64,000 bases of DNA from Octopus vulgaris (GCA_951406725.2 OX597819.1:101618001-101682000), one strand, 5' to 3'; positions 40,594 through 56,177 are shown, counted from the first letter of the stretch. The notes: generated by a model not told the origin, from the letters alone. Numbers and translations: made by a program.

Positions 40594-41485
40594 CTAGCAT
40601 TAAAGACCCGTCGTTGCCGGGTCATAGTGCTAGTGCATATATATATGTGTATATATATGTGTACATATTACATGTACATCTATATATATACATCTACACA
40701 TAAAATACAAAATACAAAGTTATATCTTGATATCGCTAGTGATAACAATACTCAAAATATATAACAGACTGGAATTGTTAGCCCGTCTCTTGCAATTTCG
40801 ATCAATTGTATCTTGTCCTCCCTCTTGTATAGAAGTGTGGCTACAATCCAGCCTACCTCTACTTCTGGGGGGTGGGGTGCATTTAAAATATTTTTTCTGG
40901 GACGTCCTACGTCCAAGATATAAAGGTAAAAATAAAATATTTCCACTTTGGAAGTTCGAGTCGAGTACTCCCTTGCACGCTCCGTTGACTCGAACCTTGC
41001 CTCTATTGTGGGGAATTTATCACCTCTGATTAGATATCTCTCATTGTCGCACCAAGACACTTTTCGAAGGTGCTTTCCTCCATGTGTTCAAATTTTATTC
41101 AAGTTCAAGTCATTGATGCAATTTTATACCAATTGCTATTTTTTCTTTTGTTATGTTACGATTATATTATACTTTAGTTTAATTTTAATTATTACTTACT
41201 ACATATAATTCAATTGTTATTATTATTTTTATTGTTAAAGTGAAAGTATCTGACATAAAATAGAGAAATGTTTTTAACACTTTTAACACGTAACACTGAA
41301 ATAGTGGAGAAGATATGATATTGCTATGGGCTCGCTCTAGGCAAGAAGTTGAACATTTTCCCCATGAAACTACACGGACCCTAAGTAAGGCATGTGTAAA
41401 ATTTGAATGAAATTGGTTGTGTAGTTCTCAAGTTTTAGGGAAACACACAGACAGACACACATTCTCAGTTTTATATATATAAAGA
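40594..41485 (-). mobile_element. Non-autonomous Helitron (about 890 bp)
   Basis: 3' CTAG at 40594-40597 with hairpin gacccg-tcgttgc-cgggtc (40605-40623). 5' end TCtttatatatataaaactgagaatgtgtgtctg. A|T insertion context. Confidence 0.8.
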
Positions 41486-41501
41486 TATATATGTATATTT
41501 A

Positions 41502-41571
<70 letters not shown>

Positions 41572-42176
41572 TATACATATATACATACACATATATATAT
41601 ACATGTATATATAACTTATATGAATATGTGTGTGTGTGTGTCTGTGTGTTTGTGTGCCTATATATATATGTATATATGTATATATATTGTATATACAGAG
41701 TATCACAGAATCGTCTTTTGATGAACAAAATAAGCTGAAAATTTCATGTTCACAAATGCATGGGCCTTTGGCCACTTGCCTTCTAATATATATGTATACA
41801 TCAAAATACTTGCTTTGGCAATCATGATGTTTGATTGATTACAACCTTTAATATTTCCAGCCTATTTTCAAAATTCCTACTTCACTCAGTTTCTTTATAA
41901 ATAACTTTATCCTCATAGATTGATTGTATCTCGACGAAGGACGGTTGGCTATCACCTGAGAAAATGGACTGGTTACGCAACAATGCGAATTTTTGAAATG
42001 TCATGTAATGTGTTATGTAATGTGCTTTGCGCTGCTAATAAATAACAACGCTATTGAGTTATTCATTCTTTTTCCCTTATGTTTTGTGTGTGTATGTGTA
42101 TACGTATATATATATACATATGTATCCATGTATGTATACACACCCACACACACATTTACACTCGCATATATGTATG

Positions 42177-42329
<153 letters not shown>

Positions 42330-42334
42330 GGATG

Positions 42335-42429
<95 letters not shown>

Positions 42430-42855
42430 GTGTGTATGCATATATAAACATATGATCCGTCTCGGATAAATTGTGCTTCTGTCAGTCTGATAGTAACATA
42501 TACCTCTAATCATGCGATATCTTTGTCACGGGTGCTACCAAGAGAATAGCAAGAGAGTGCAGCTGTTTGTGCACTATAGTAGTTCCGAATTCTCAGTATG
42601 AATATATAGATGTAAAATGGCTTCCGTTGGTAAACGCCACTACATAAATTAATAGTTAACTGCATAAAAATGTTTTGTTATCGTTCTTCACTTACTCTAG
42701 CCTTTAAACCAGTGCATATCCCCATTTGTAACCATATAAGCATACTTCGCTTCCTGATGTAATCTCCGCATAATTTGAAATTGCTTCATTTGTTCATGAT
42801 GGAAGCATAGAACAAGCCGCGTACATATGAGTGTGTGTATGTGTGTGTGCGTGTG

Positions 42856-42890
<35 letters not shown>

Positions 42891-43189
42891 GTAAGTACGC
42901 AAGAGTGTTTTGTGTCTGTATATGTGTCTACAGTTGTAAAGCAGTTAGGATGTAAAACAGTTCAGTTCATGTCTTATACAGACCAAAATGTAAAATTTTA
43001 AAAATCAATCCATAAAAATCAGTTAGATAAGCGCGATGCTACAATTCATCCTTCCTCACTCTGATACCATCAAGAAAAACCCTTGAAATAGTTGTCGTAT
43101 CACAACTGCAATCCACTAAGAAAGAGTTCGAAATAGTCTGCTGGTGCATTTGCTGCCAATTGAAAGATTCGCATACAGCACGCTAGTAC

Positions 43190-43725
43190 GTTTCGGGATT
43201 CACCAGGGAAGAAATACAAGGTCTCGAGGCATTTTTCTCGACAGCTTTAAACAACCCGAACATTCTCACTGATGTGAGGCCCTGCCTACTCGATTAATAT
43301 ACTAGTAGTTAACCATAAACATTCGACCTTAATACTAAGGACGCAGGTAGATCGATGTTATTGAAGAGTTTGATACGTATGATATTTTCTAGCATTTCTG
43401 TGATCGCTTATTTTATTGACATAAACGCCTCCAATCCTAACCTTATTCTCTTCGAGATTTCAGCGTCCATGTTTCAGGGATATACATCGACCGTCTAAAA
43501 TAGACTTAAAAGTAGACCTAGGGAGAATAATACTGTTCGCCACGCAACTTTCTCCCTAAATGTTAAAACTAAGGTAGGCAAGAATTTCTGTGTGTTTTAG
43601 ATAAGCATTTCCCAGCAACCATACATACAGGAAGATTTTTAACAGAAGTCCACTTAAGATATCGTACAGTTGCTTGCACAATATGGAAAACACTACGGTG
43701 GGCAACAAAAACAAATGTATTTTCT
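43190..43725 (+). mobile_element. Penelope-like element fragment (RT C-terminal region)
   Basis: FSLNVKTKVGKNF..LDKHFP..HTYRKIFNRSPLKISYSCLHNM matches the PLE motif PPYS.NVKTNIGK.FL.LIDKHFP..H.L.KIFNRNT.KVSYSCM.NM. Confidence 0.85.
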
Positions 43726-43729
43726 GCTA

Positions 43730-44160
43730 CACAGACAAATAGGGCTATACTAAACTAAATCGAGTACGCTGAATCCGAATCTGAAATCAGAATTGCTGTA
43801 GCACGTCAGAATTTTGAATTATGCGCATAATTATATAGTAATACTAAAATAGTATCAGTTAAGTTCAAGGCAAATAATAATTATTATAGTATATTAGTAT
43901 TGTATATAGTATATTTATGTTCAAGGCAATTAGTATTGTAATATAATGGTATATAGTATATTTATGTTAAGGAATACTCATTCTGTACAACTAACTCGAA
44001 TGAATCCCATGCCATCAACTCAACTGGATTCAGTTTACCTCTAAATTTGCTATCAGACATCAATTCTCTGATCTCGGGTCTAATGAAAATGCCTGCTTTC
44101 AGTTTTGCGTCACTTTTCTCTGCACCAAACTTTACTTTTAGGTATTGGAAGCCACGACTA
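43730..44160 (-). mobile_element. Chapaev3-like (CMC) DNA transposon fragment nested in the Penelope remnant
   Basis: CAC terminus at 43730 followed by gctgaatccgaatctgaaatcagaatt. Transposase piece GFQYLKVKFG..SDAKLKAGIFIRPEIRELMSD..LNPVELMAWDSFELVVQN. Confidence 0.75.
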
Positions 44161-44403
44161 TCGTGTGTCATTGTTATTATGTAGCCATATACATATACGC
44201 TATCACACATACATGCCATCACACACATGCGCATACCTACATACATACACACGGATACCAACCCTTTTTCACACTCTCCTGTCACAGAAAGCACTTTTCC
44301 TTTGTCCATCTACTTCCAGTCATTTCAAAAATGTAACTACACGTGGACTGTTGACGATTTTTTCTTTCCGTCTTCGTTTTCTGTTGGTATTTCATTTGTC
44401 TCC

Positions 44404-44440
44404 TGTTTCCGAAGAAGAGCTAGGCTTGAAACGTAAAACA
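44404..44440 (+). ncRNA. Minimal type I hammerhead motif in a Penelope-like pseudo-LTR
   Basis: Stem I tgttt/aaaca; core CCGAAGA (U4 variant) plus A; stem II gagc-tag-gctt; GAAAC; GUA triplet 44433-44435; stem III reduced to the palindrome ACGT. Confidence 0.65.
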
Positions 44441-45109
44441 ACCACTCTTTCCTTCTCTGAGCGTCTCATTAATACTTTGCATGTACTAAGTCCTCGCGTT
44501 GTTGTTTTTTATTTGCTGTCTTTTTCTCCGACATACATACACACATACATACACACACACACACATACACACATATTATGTATCATAAATTATATATTCA
44601 TATATTATATTATATAAACATATGTATATATACTGAAAGAGGAAGATAGATTAATAAATATATAGATAAATAGTTAGATAAAGATATAAATATATAAAAC
44701 GAATTCATTGTTTAAACTATAATCAATTAAACAGTAAAAACAAGAAAATATTCTAAGCTAGCATGAAAAATGAAAATTGGATAAAAAAAAAAGTCGGAAA
44801 AGAAAGGGTGTATAATATAGTCAAGCCTATGTAAACAAAAATGGGTGTCTCTGTTTTCATAAAAGCCAGTCTATAAGCAGTCATGTTTTACGACTGTTAG
44901 GTTTATCAATATATCTATTGTCGCTGTTAACCAATACGTATATACAACCCTAGACAACATACCTTATTGATTTCATATTCCTGAAATATGTTACCACAGG
45001 GTATTAAATTTCTTGTCGTATACAACATCATGTCGGACATTGTGTAAAATGTCATGGATAGGAGTGAGTGTTCGAGAGAATGTGTGACGGTGTGTGTGTA
45101 TGTTTTTGC

Positions 45110-45155
<46 letters not shown>

Positions 45156-45937
45156 TATGGTGATGTGAGAGAGCGTCAAACAATAGGCGTGAATATGCTC
45201 GTGAATTTACGTCAATGTGTGTTAAGATGCATGTAACTGTAAAATTAAATTGAGTAAAGGTATGAGCGTAAGACAATCTTAGTAAAGGGATGGAAGTGGA
45301 TGTAAGTGAATGTGAGTGATGTTGTGAGCGCGATTGTATATCAATGTGTGTAAATGTGCGTCTATATGTGTGTGAAGGACAATGTGAGAAAGTGTCAACC
45401 AATGGCAATGAATATGCATTGTGAATGTCTGTGGAGGTAAATAAATGAGACTTTAAAGTAAAGCTGAGTAATGGTATATCTAAGTGTTAACCGATGTGAG
45501 TGAACGTGTGTGTCAGTGTGAGTTTTAAGTGAAGCTTTTATCATTTGCGTGTTTCACTCATTTGAGTGGGAACATATTAGAGCACAGCGCTGAAAGGTTT
45601 GATCGGACAAATCGATCTTTGTACTTCTATTTATTTATTTTTCTATTTGCTTTTGAGGTCTGGGACATATTCTGTCTCTTCGGGAAACCACTAAGTTACA
45701 GGAACGTAAACACAAAAAAGCACCCATTGTCAAGCAGTGGTAGGGGACAAATACGCGTTCATACGCACACGCACACACACACAGTCATACACACGCACGC
45801 ACAAACACACATACATGGCTGTAGAATCCCAAACTCCGTTCAGAAATTTCCGAACTTCTAAGACACCGAATGCAGACTTTCAAATATTCGAAAGCACAAC
45901 ATTCACTAACCACAGAGGATGCAACACACATTTGCAA

Positions 45938-46489
<552 letters not shown>

Positions 46490-46841
46490 GCAATTCTGAA
46501 ACAACCGAGAAGACGATGTAAGAAATATAACACCAGAAATAGACAATCTCACAAAAACCAGAAGCAGCCTCAAACAAAACTATAATTCTAGAACCCAACA
46601 AAAATTCAAGTGAAATAATGTTATACGGCATCATCACCCTCTTCTGGACAACCTCAGACATCTAGAAAGTTTAAACTTTGATTTTGATCTCATTACCTAC
46701 ATCTCTTTCTCTCCCTCCCCACCTCTCTCTCTCTCTCTCGCTCACACACACAAACACGCACACACTCACTCACTCACTCACTCACTCACTCACTCACTCT
46801 CCAAATTGCAGTATTGATTGAGACCATTTTATTCAAGTACC

Positions 46842-47192
46842 GTAAAGTAAAGTAAAGACCCCCTTCGGTCATGAATGACCATGGGATTGCACCTTGAAAG
46901 TTACCCTCCTAGACACAAGTCCGGGCAAGGTTGTTTATGGAAGACCAGCAGTCGCCCATGCATACCAGCCTCCCCTCTCCACGCCACCAGTGTTATCCAA
47001 GGGAAAGACAAAGGTCGATACAGTTTGGCACCAGTGACGTCGCAACTCATTTCTACAGCTGAGTGAACTGGAGCAACGTGAAAAATAAAGTGCCTTGCTC
47101 AAGAACACAACACGCAGCCCGGTCCGGGATTCGAGCTCACAACCTCACGATCGTAAGCTCGACGCTCTAACCACTGAGCCATGCGCCTTCAC
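46842..47192 (-). mobile_element. Full-length young tRNA-derived CORE-type SINE (OR-like) with 12-bp TSD
   Basis: TSD tattcaagtacc at 46830-46841 and 47193-47204. Head gtgaaggcgcatggctcagtggttagagcg..ctcgaatccc; (CTTTA)n tail. Confidence 0.93.
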
Positions 47193-47639
47193 TATTCAAG
47201 TACCACACAACTGAAAAACCGAGCACAGAAACTACGTATCGACCTCAACGAAAAGAAATCCTTTCACACGTGACATTCTAACAACCATCGACACCAGCTA
47301 TCTTTCCTTTTCCTCCTTTTCCTCCCTATCCATTCATAAAACATACCTAATACCACTTAAAAAAGGCAAAACAAAGCTCTAAATTTTGGTTAGCAAATTG
47401 CTTATCAGAAAGAGTCAGTATATGCAGTGAACAAGAATGATTCCTGAACGGTGTATCATAAAGATCGTCATCTCAATCACTCTTTCAAATCTATGCCTCT
47501 ATGATGGTCTTCCAGTACCTCCACGATACATAAGGGCAACTGAACAGGTAACTTCATACACTGATGAGTTCTCATTCACAGCTTCCTAATATTCTCCAGA
47601 GACAACACTACACACTACGACAGGGTTGATCTAGAGATC

Positions 47640-48170
47640 AAATCCCCACTACCACTACCATCACCACCAACATCACACCCACCACCACTACTACACCACA
47701 AATGCCACAACCACATCCATCACTAATATTGGTCGCAAATTTCAGCACAAGGCCAGCAATTATATCAACCCAGTGCTGAACTGGTATTTATTTTATCGAC
47801 TCCGACAGGATGAAAGGCAAAGTGGACCTCCATCACCAATATTACTAACGCCACCACCACCACCACCAACAACAACAACTTTCCACAACTATCAGCAACA
47901 AACACTGACCACTAGTATAACCATCAGTATCACGTCTTTCACCACAGCCACACCAACCACAGCCTCACAATACATTATCACCGGCATAGAAAGACATACT
48001 ACAAGACAGACTTCCACTGCAACACAAACACCAGCAAGAACACCAACACCACCTCAACCAACAAGGACACCAGCAACAACAACAATAACAATATCGACAC
48101 CAACAACACCCACCTCCACCATCAAAACCACTATCGCTAGCATACAATAACAATCGATAACCAGCCCCAA
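47640..48170. repeat. Degenerate (CAC/CAA)-rich low-complexity tract
   Basis: Direct inspection. Gives a spurious Thr/Pro-rich ORF. Confidence 0.85.
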
Positions 48171-48403
48171 GCAGCAAATATCAAAAGAATATTTTTTTTT
48201 AAGGTTTTACTTTAAATTTTAAATATTTGTATTCTGGAATATTAGTGATAGTAATATATATATTGTATTTTTTCATATATAATTGCGCACGCGTGTATGT
48301 CTAAGTGTATACATATACACAAACACATATACATGCATATATATGCACGCATTTGTACGAATACATAGATATGTAGACATATACATGCATTAAAATATTA
48401 GAC

Positions 48404-48751
48404 GAGTGGATTCTCAGTCAGAGTCTATATTGTCCCTGGGGGTCCATATAAGATGTTGGGGGTCCATGTAGCAAAATAGTAAATTGGAGATCCACAATAG
48501 AATTTTAAAGGCCTCTGAAAAATTTTTACTTTAGATGTATGTATTGGTATGCATTGCAAGAAACAGCTAAGTTTCTTTCTCTAATATGTTACATAGTTCA
48601 ACCTTCATAAGTTAATGTATGAAAAACAAAATAGGAATTTTAAAAGAAGTTTCTATAAAACTAGCTTTTAAAACATCGAATGGCTATGGGGATCCACGAA
48701 ATAAAATAGTAATCAAAAGGGGCCATGATAAAAAACGGTTGAGAACCCCTG
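48404..48751. mobile_element. hAT (Charlie-like) MITE
   Basis: Right TIR ggttgagaacccctg, degenerate left TIR gagtggattctcagtc, subterminal ggggtcca repeats, flank atctaaat resembling an nTCTAGAn target. Confidence 0.7.
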
Positions 48752-49133
48752 ATCTAAATGAATATGGATTACGTCTACATGTGTATGTATATCTATCAAT
48801 CAGTCTATCTGTTTGTCTGTTTGTCTCTATCTGTCTCTCACTCTCTTTATATACGTGTGTGTGTGTATGTGTGTGTGTGTGTGTGCGTGTGTGTTTCTGT
48901 GTGTGTGTATGGGCAGACTTGCATTAGCATATATATGTATATGGAGCCATACGCTTATTGTCGTTCCTCTTTCTCTCTTGTTTCCTTCATTTTCATGCCC
49001 TCCCCTATGATTTGTTCTCTTCCTTTCTCTTTTTTGCCTCCTCGCTTCCTCTTCTCTCTCACCTCTTTCTTCCACGCACTCACTCACGCATGCAGTGGAT
49101 ACACTGCATACATTTTATCTATCCCTTTATCCC

Positions 49134-49204
<71 letters not shown>

Positions 49205-49897
49205 CCTATATAACTGTCTCTCTATCAGTCCATCCCTCCATCTGTCAATCAATCGTTCTAAATGTTTATCCAACTACATATCTATCTATTTATCTATCTA
49301 TCGATCGATCAATCTATCTACAACTATATAATATATAAATATTACATATATGTATGTGCGCATGCTGTTTGTGTGTATGTGTGTATGTGTACCCATGCGT
49401 GTGTGGTGTGTACTTTGGTTATTCTCCTTTATCTATCAATTTTTTTTTTGTCGGTCAGATCACAGTTAAAGATAATCTCTAAGAACCAGATATTATTTGC
49501 TGTGGAAAAGATAGATTTCCGGCAGGGAGATAAAGACAGATGTCACGTGTCAATCAATAGTTGCAGGGTCACAAAGAAATATGGTACAAGCCGCTTTTAG
49601 GTCAAGAAATTATGGGGGAAAACAAATATCACAAGAAACACAGGACCTGCAAGGCAGTGTATTTGCATAGGAAATTATTTATCATTATATTTGCTGTTTC
49701 TGCCTAATTTTCCTTATTATATATATTATATTATATCATATAGGAATCACTGACAAATACGTATTAGCATTTATATATAAAAATACACACACTCACACAC
49801 TTACACATACACACGCTTACATACTCACACACACACACACACCCATGCAGTCCTTCTGCACAAGTAATTGCTATCAGAATATATATATATATATATA

Positions 49898-50023
<126 letters not shown>

Positions 50024-50050
50024 CATATACATATATATATATATATATAC

Positions 50051-50123
<73 letters not shown>

Positions 50124-50135
50124 TATATATATATA

Positions 50136-50184
<49 letters not shown>

Positions 50185-50233
50185 ATATATATATGAACAC
50201 ACACATACGCGCACGCACACACGTACAAGCACT

Positions 50234-50278
<45 letters not shown>

Positions 50279-51211
50279 ATGTAGGCAGAGGAAGAACTGA
50301 ATTATAGGTAGATATTGTGCGGAAAGTAATATTGATTTATAGTTTACATATGTACGTAATGAGTTTATCGATATGAAATATGATGCCCATTGCTTGACGT
50401 TGTTTGCGTGGGATGGCGAAGTGGGCGAGTGAACACACACGCGTGCGAAGGTTGACCTCTATACTTTCGTAGAATATTGAGAATATGAAATGGCGAGTTC
50501 AATACCGGGGAGTAACCAGTAGTTTTATCACTCGTGTAGTATTTTCAGACTGCTCTTACTGATAATGACATCATTTTCCCGTTATACTCTTACCTTCCAA
50601 AAATACTTACTGTTGGTTTCCATCGCTTCACGATCGTGAAGTATTTTATTTATCTAAACTATGTTATATTATTCTGTGATGATTTGTACCACATATGACT
50701 TTCTATTGATTCCTGAACTGTTTTTTTTTTATATATATTATCATAAGAGAAACATCACACTCCAAGACCTTTGCCATATAGCTCCAGTTAAAGGTGGATA
50801 TGAAATTGGACTTCAAGAAATACTGCAGCATTATCCATTTTATCAAACTGTCAAGTGTTTTGTCTTTAAATCGATGATCTGGCGAGAAAACTTGCCCTAG
50901 TGTATTATTCTTTGTTGAGGATTCCCTATGCCTTAATTAGGGCAGGAAAAGGGATGTTGGATTAGCTCTCGCATCCGAGAGCTTAGAGGCCCAACGGGCT
51001 TTCCCATAGTTTTCCTTGCGAGGGTATCATACACTATACAATAATTTGCCAGTTTCCTTTACCTAATATCGCACAGTGTACAAAGCTTCGTGTCGTCTCG
51101 AAGCTAACCCAAAAATGCTTGCTCAACATGTGTGCTTGAACCAACATCGAAGTTATTGTGATGAAACTCGCCTGATCAATAACTCTACCTCTGCCGATTG
51201 TATTGGCAGCT

Positions 51212-51249
<38 letters not shown>

Positions 51250-52532
51250 CGTGTGTGTATGTGTGTTTGTGTGTAAGAATGTGTGTGTGTATGCATATTT
51301 ATATATATATATATATATACGTATGTGTATGTATAAGTGAATATATATATAAGTTTGCAAACTCCTGCGTGCTTGCGCGCACTCAGCTATGTGTGTGTGT
51401 ATGCGCGTGCGCGTGTGTGCGCATGTGCGTGCTTGTCAGACAATACTACTTACACTAAATTCTTTAATATATGACGATTTTTTTTTATTTCTTACACTCC
51501 TAGAACACGCTTCCGCTACGCATTGGTCATAAAATGTAGATATACTTTAGCATTAATAAATTTCCGTGGGATTGTTCGGTATTTATGAGAATAAGCTACG
51601 CACATCCTCAACTTTAAAGACAAATCTTGATTTCTTTATTTCTCCCCTTTATAATACTATACCTAATTTTCATGCGTTCTATTATTCTACAAAATTTCTT
51701 TAATGCATTATCATATTGCTCAAGAAGGACACTTCAGATTTGGATTCGACCTCACTAAGCAGCGCCTTAAGCAAGTATGTTTGTCAACGAAAACATCAGC
51801 TTGATCAAAACGTTGTGATTGGAATTAGTAGAAGGAAACGTCGTAGAAGTAATACAAGAAACAGTTCTTGTTTTGGAGGCTGGTAGATCGAAGCGATTGC
51901 CCAATTTAGAACAACTTCGTGGCTGTTGATGACTTTCAGATGATCGCATTCAACTAAATATTTAATTCATTTCTTCGGTCTGAGCATAACCGTATCCTTT
52001 CTTGTTATTAGTCTCTGATATCTTGAAAGGAGTCAACAGTGATACTCAATCGAAGGCATACAAAAAAATTTAAAAACGCTGTCACAAAATAATCCATTTT
52101 ATACTACGAAGTTAGGATTGCAAATTATGCCTTCTTTCCGACTACTTCGAACTCCTGATCTCATACACCCATGTAATATTTCATTCATAAAGTAATATAC
52201 TTTTTTTCATTGCAATCTAGTCTTCATTAAAGCTGAAACGAGATTTCACTTATAAATAAGTTATAGCGTGTTATTGTATATCAGTATTCCGATCGATATA
52301 GTACTTCCAATTTGTGGAATGAAAATATATTTTAAGTTCAAAGAAATTCACAGCGACAGTTGTAGCGATATGAGTACAGGATAAAGACAAAACGCAACGA
52401 CCTTCTAAATTTGTAAACAGATCATAAAACATACAACTAAATATAATACTGAGCGACGTTCTATCGGTCCTGTAACTGAGTCGATCGCGGTTCAATAATT
52501 ATGTCTAGAAGTCATAAAGAAGTACATTTGTA

Positions 52533-52853
52533 TACTACATCAGTTATAACGACGAGGGTTCCAATTGATCTGATCAACGGAACAGCCTGCTCGTGAAATT
52601 AACGTGCATGTGGCTGAGCTCTCCACACGCACGTGTACCCTTAACGAAGTTCTCAGTAGGATTCAGCGTGACACAGAATGTGACAAGGCTGGTGTTTACA
52701 ATACAGGTACTACTCATTTTTGCTGGCTGAGTGGACTGGAGCAACGTGAAATGAAGTGTTTTGGTTAAAGACACAACGCGTCGCCGGGAATTGAACTCAT
52801 GACCTTATGATACTGAGTCGAATACTCTAATCACTAAGCTACACACCTTCACT
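52533..52853 (-). mobile_element. tRNA-derived CORE-type SINE (OR-like) with 12-bp TSD
   Basis: TSD agtacatttgta (52521-52532) / agtgcatttgta (52854-52865). Head gtgaaggtgtgtagcttagtgattagag..gagttcaattccc. Central domain shared with the 46842 element, different tail. Confidence 0.88.
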
Positions 52854-53331
52854 AGTGCATTTGTAGGAGAAAGATATTGGCAGCTGTCAATTGGAGTAAC
52901 TTCAGAGCATCAGCGAATTCACTCCATCTGATAGAGTTAACTACCAAATCGCCCACGAATCTCACATTACTGTCTTAGAAAAAATACAGAAAACATTGGA
53001 CAATATCTTAGTTATACGTCCCGAAATCTCAAAGCATGATGATCATTGCTGCAGTGTTAAACGGAGTTGATGTGATGCTATGCAGCAACTACAACCTCAA
53101 ACACGAAACAAAAATTAATTCTAATTCGGTATGTTAAATCAACTAATTAAATATCGCAGCACAGTTTGTATCGCATATCTAACAACTGTGTCAACCAATT
53201 TGCTATGTGTGCATCGTAACATTTCCTGCAGACACAGCAGATGTAGTAAGGCAAGACAGAAGGCTGTCAATATAAAGTGCTTCTGAGGATTACTAACAGT
53301 CACGTATGTGTGTAGATAGACATAGATATAG

Positions 53332-53362
<31 letters not shown>

Positions 53363-53466
53363 TATTGTCATATGAACATACAGATACAAACATAATTTAT
53401 ACATACATTTACGTATATACATGTATACATATGTGAGTGCATATATATATTTATATACATATATAT

Positions 53467-53507
<41 letters not shown>

Positions 53508-53636
53508 AATATCATGTACATTAAGACACATTAAGAGGCTTCCAAATACGAAAGCCTTGTGCTAGAAAGAGCAGTAGAAAACTCAAACCACTAAGGATAA
53601 GTTCTCGAAAGGAATAAAACTTAAAAACGTTTACCA

Positions 53637-53686
<50 letters not shown>

Positions 53687-53698
53687 CTATCTATCTAT

Positions 53699-53741
<43 letters not shown>

Positions 53742-54143
53742 CACGCGCACGAGCACACTGACACACAAGTACAAGCATATGCATCGACACACACATATAT
53801 GTATATAAACTACTAAATAACTAATTCGTCTTCAGATAAAACACTAAACAGACAGGAAAAACAATGAACTAGACATTATAATTAGTTCCATTTTTCATTA
53901 TTGTGTATCTAGGTTTTCTGCATATATTTGAGTAATTATTTTACTCTTTTCTTTCCTATTTTTATTACATATTTTTTCACTTGTTGTACTCATATTTTCT
54001 CACAATTAACCAGAATTTGTTGAGTTTGTGTCAATACAGGTGTCTTTCGTTTCCTGTCTTATTTTGATATGTATTTGCATATTTGTATATATACATATAT
54101 ATATATACAAATGTATGTGTATCTATGTATGTATCTATTTACA

Positions 54144-54209
<66 letters not shown>

Positions 54210-54321
54210 TATATACATATATATGTATATATATATATACATGGACATACGCATAAATATAAAAGGTAAGCGTGCGCCTGTGTATATATGTATAACCATT
54301 TATTAACCTAACTTCCCATAC

Positions 54322-54346
54322 CGGTTGCATTGTGAATGGCGAGAAC
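54322..54346 (-). CDS. 25-nt coding micro-exon (VLAIHNAT(D))
   Basis: Acceptor ttcatcctttaatctgcattacag|, donor CCG|gtatgg; phase 0 in, 1 out; g+ac gives Asp on joining the 23-nt exon. Unique sequence between microsatellites. Confidence 0.6.
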
Positions 54347-54539
54347 CTGTAATGCAGATTAAAGGATGAATTGTAAAGTGCAAATAAGTTAATATGAATA
54401 CTTTTCAGAGAAAAATAAAGGCTAAGAATGTAATGCAAATGATGATGTTTAATACATATATACTTAAGATATTCATACGTACATATACACATAAATACTT
54501 ATATATATATATATATATGTATATGTATATATATATATT

Positions 54540-54593
<54 letters not shown>

Positions 54594-54619
54594 GCATGCT
54601 AGACCACGCCTATATAAAT

Positions 54620-54945
<326 letters not shown>

Positions 54946-56177
54946 TGTAAATATATATATACAGACACATATATATATATATGTATATATATACATACAT
55001 AAACTTATGTATCTATCTCTCTCTATATATATGTATGTACATATATGTATATATATATATATATATAATATATATACATCTACACTCTCACATACACACA
55101 CATATGGGGCGTTACGTTTTTCTGTATGTATTTGTATAATAATTTGCTTAGGCTAATTAGTGTGAAAATTATCCTTGAGATTTTTGCATTACTGATGTTT
55201 CTGTATAAAATATCCTATTCTTAGCTTTGGACCAATATATTTCGCGCCTGCGCGCGTTTGTATGTGTATCTCTCTTTCTGTATTTGTGTCATGCGTTCGT
55301 GTGTGTCTCTGTGAGTTCGTGCTTACGCGCTTGTATGACCTTGTCTTGAAATTCTGCTTTAATTGCAATCATTTTTTTTCCTCTTTTCGGTACAAGTATG
55401 CATGGACTGAAAGAAAATATCATCTTGCTTTGAAAGAAATTATGGTTGGCTGTAAGACCAAGCGCCGTTTCTGTAATTCTACCTCATCGAATCTCGTCGG
55501 ATCCCTTGAAAGCATAGAAATGTTATATTAAGGTGATGATGTATGTGTGTTCGTGTGCTCCCGTCTGCTTGCGCATGTCTGGATGGTGTGTGCATGTGCA
55601 TATATGTTGTTATAAATATGTATACATACATACACATCCTTCCAATCACAAACAGGTAGCACACATAAAAATATGTATATATGCATTATTATCTCTATAT
55701 AAATCTGCTTTGGTCGTATTCGTGAATATGTGTGATTCCGTTGGAATATACTAATTTACACAAACCTGTTGATATGTGTGTTGGGGGTGGGGTCTGTTTG
55801 TCAGTCTGTCTACATGTAGTATGATTCGGCTGAAAACTACATAACGTGTATCTAAGAGTACGTATGTCGTTATTTGGTTATGGTATCTTACTGTAGGGTG
55901 TATTCTGGGGTTGAATACACATGCGGAACTCCTTTTTCCGTATGCTTAATACGAAAATAATATAACACGAAGTTGGATAATAAAAGGCTTTAATAGCAGA
56001 TCATAACAATTGTTTCTGCACCGTTCGCAAGCTTTATGCTATTATAATAGTATTCAAATACCATTAAAGAAGGATATTCTTTCTAATTATTATACAGTTG
56101 AATATTATCCAGTAACAGCCGTGTGTTGGTGTTACATCGGGTGGAATGCATAAATACATACATACATGAATACCCCA

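Noticed and set aside
50611-50655. Possible exon containing the palindrome cttcacgatcgtgaag
   Set aside because: Weak acceptor, and 43 nt would break the frame between the micro-exons. The palindrome alone is not informative.
51767-52030. Unique segment with short open frames on both strands
   Set aside because: No compatible splice-site pair and no recognisable motif.
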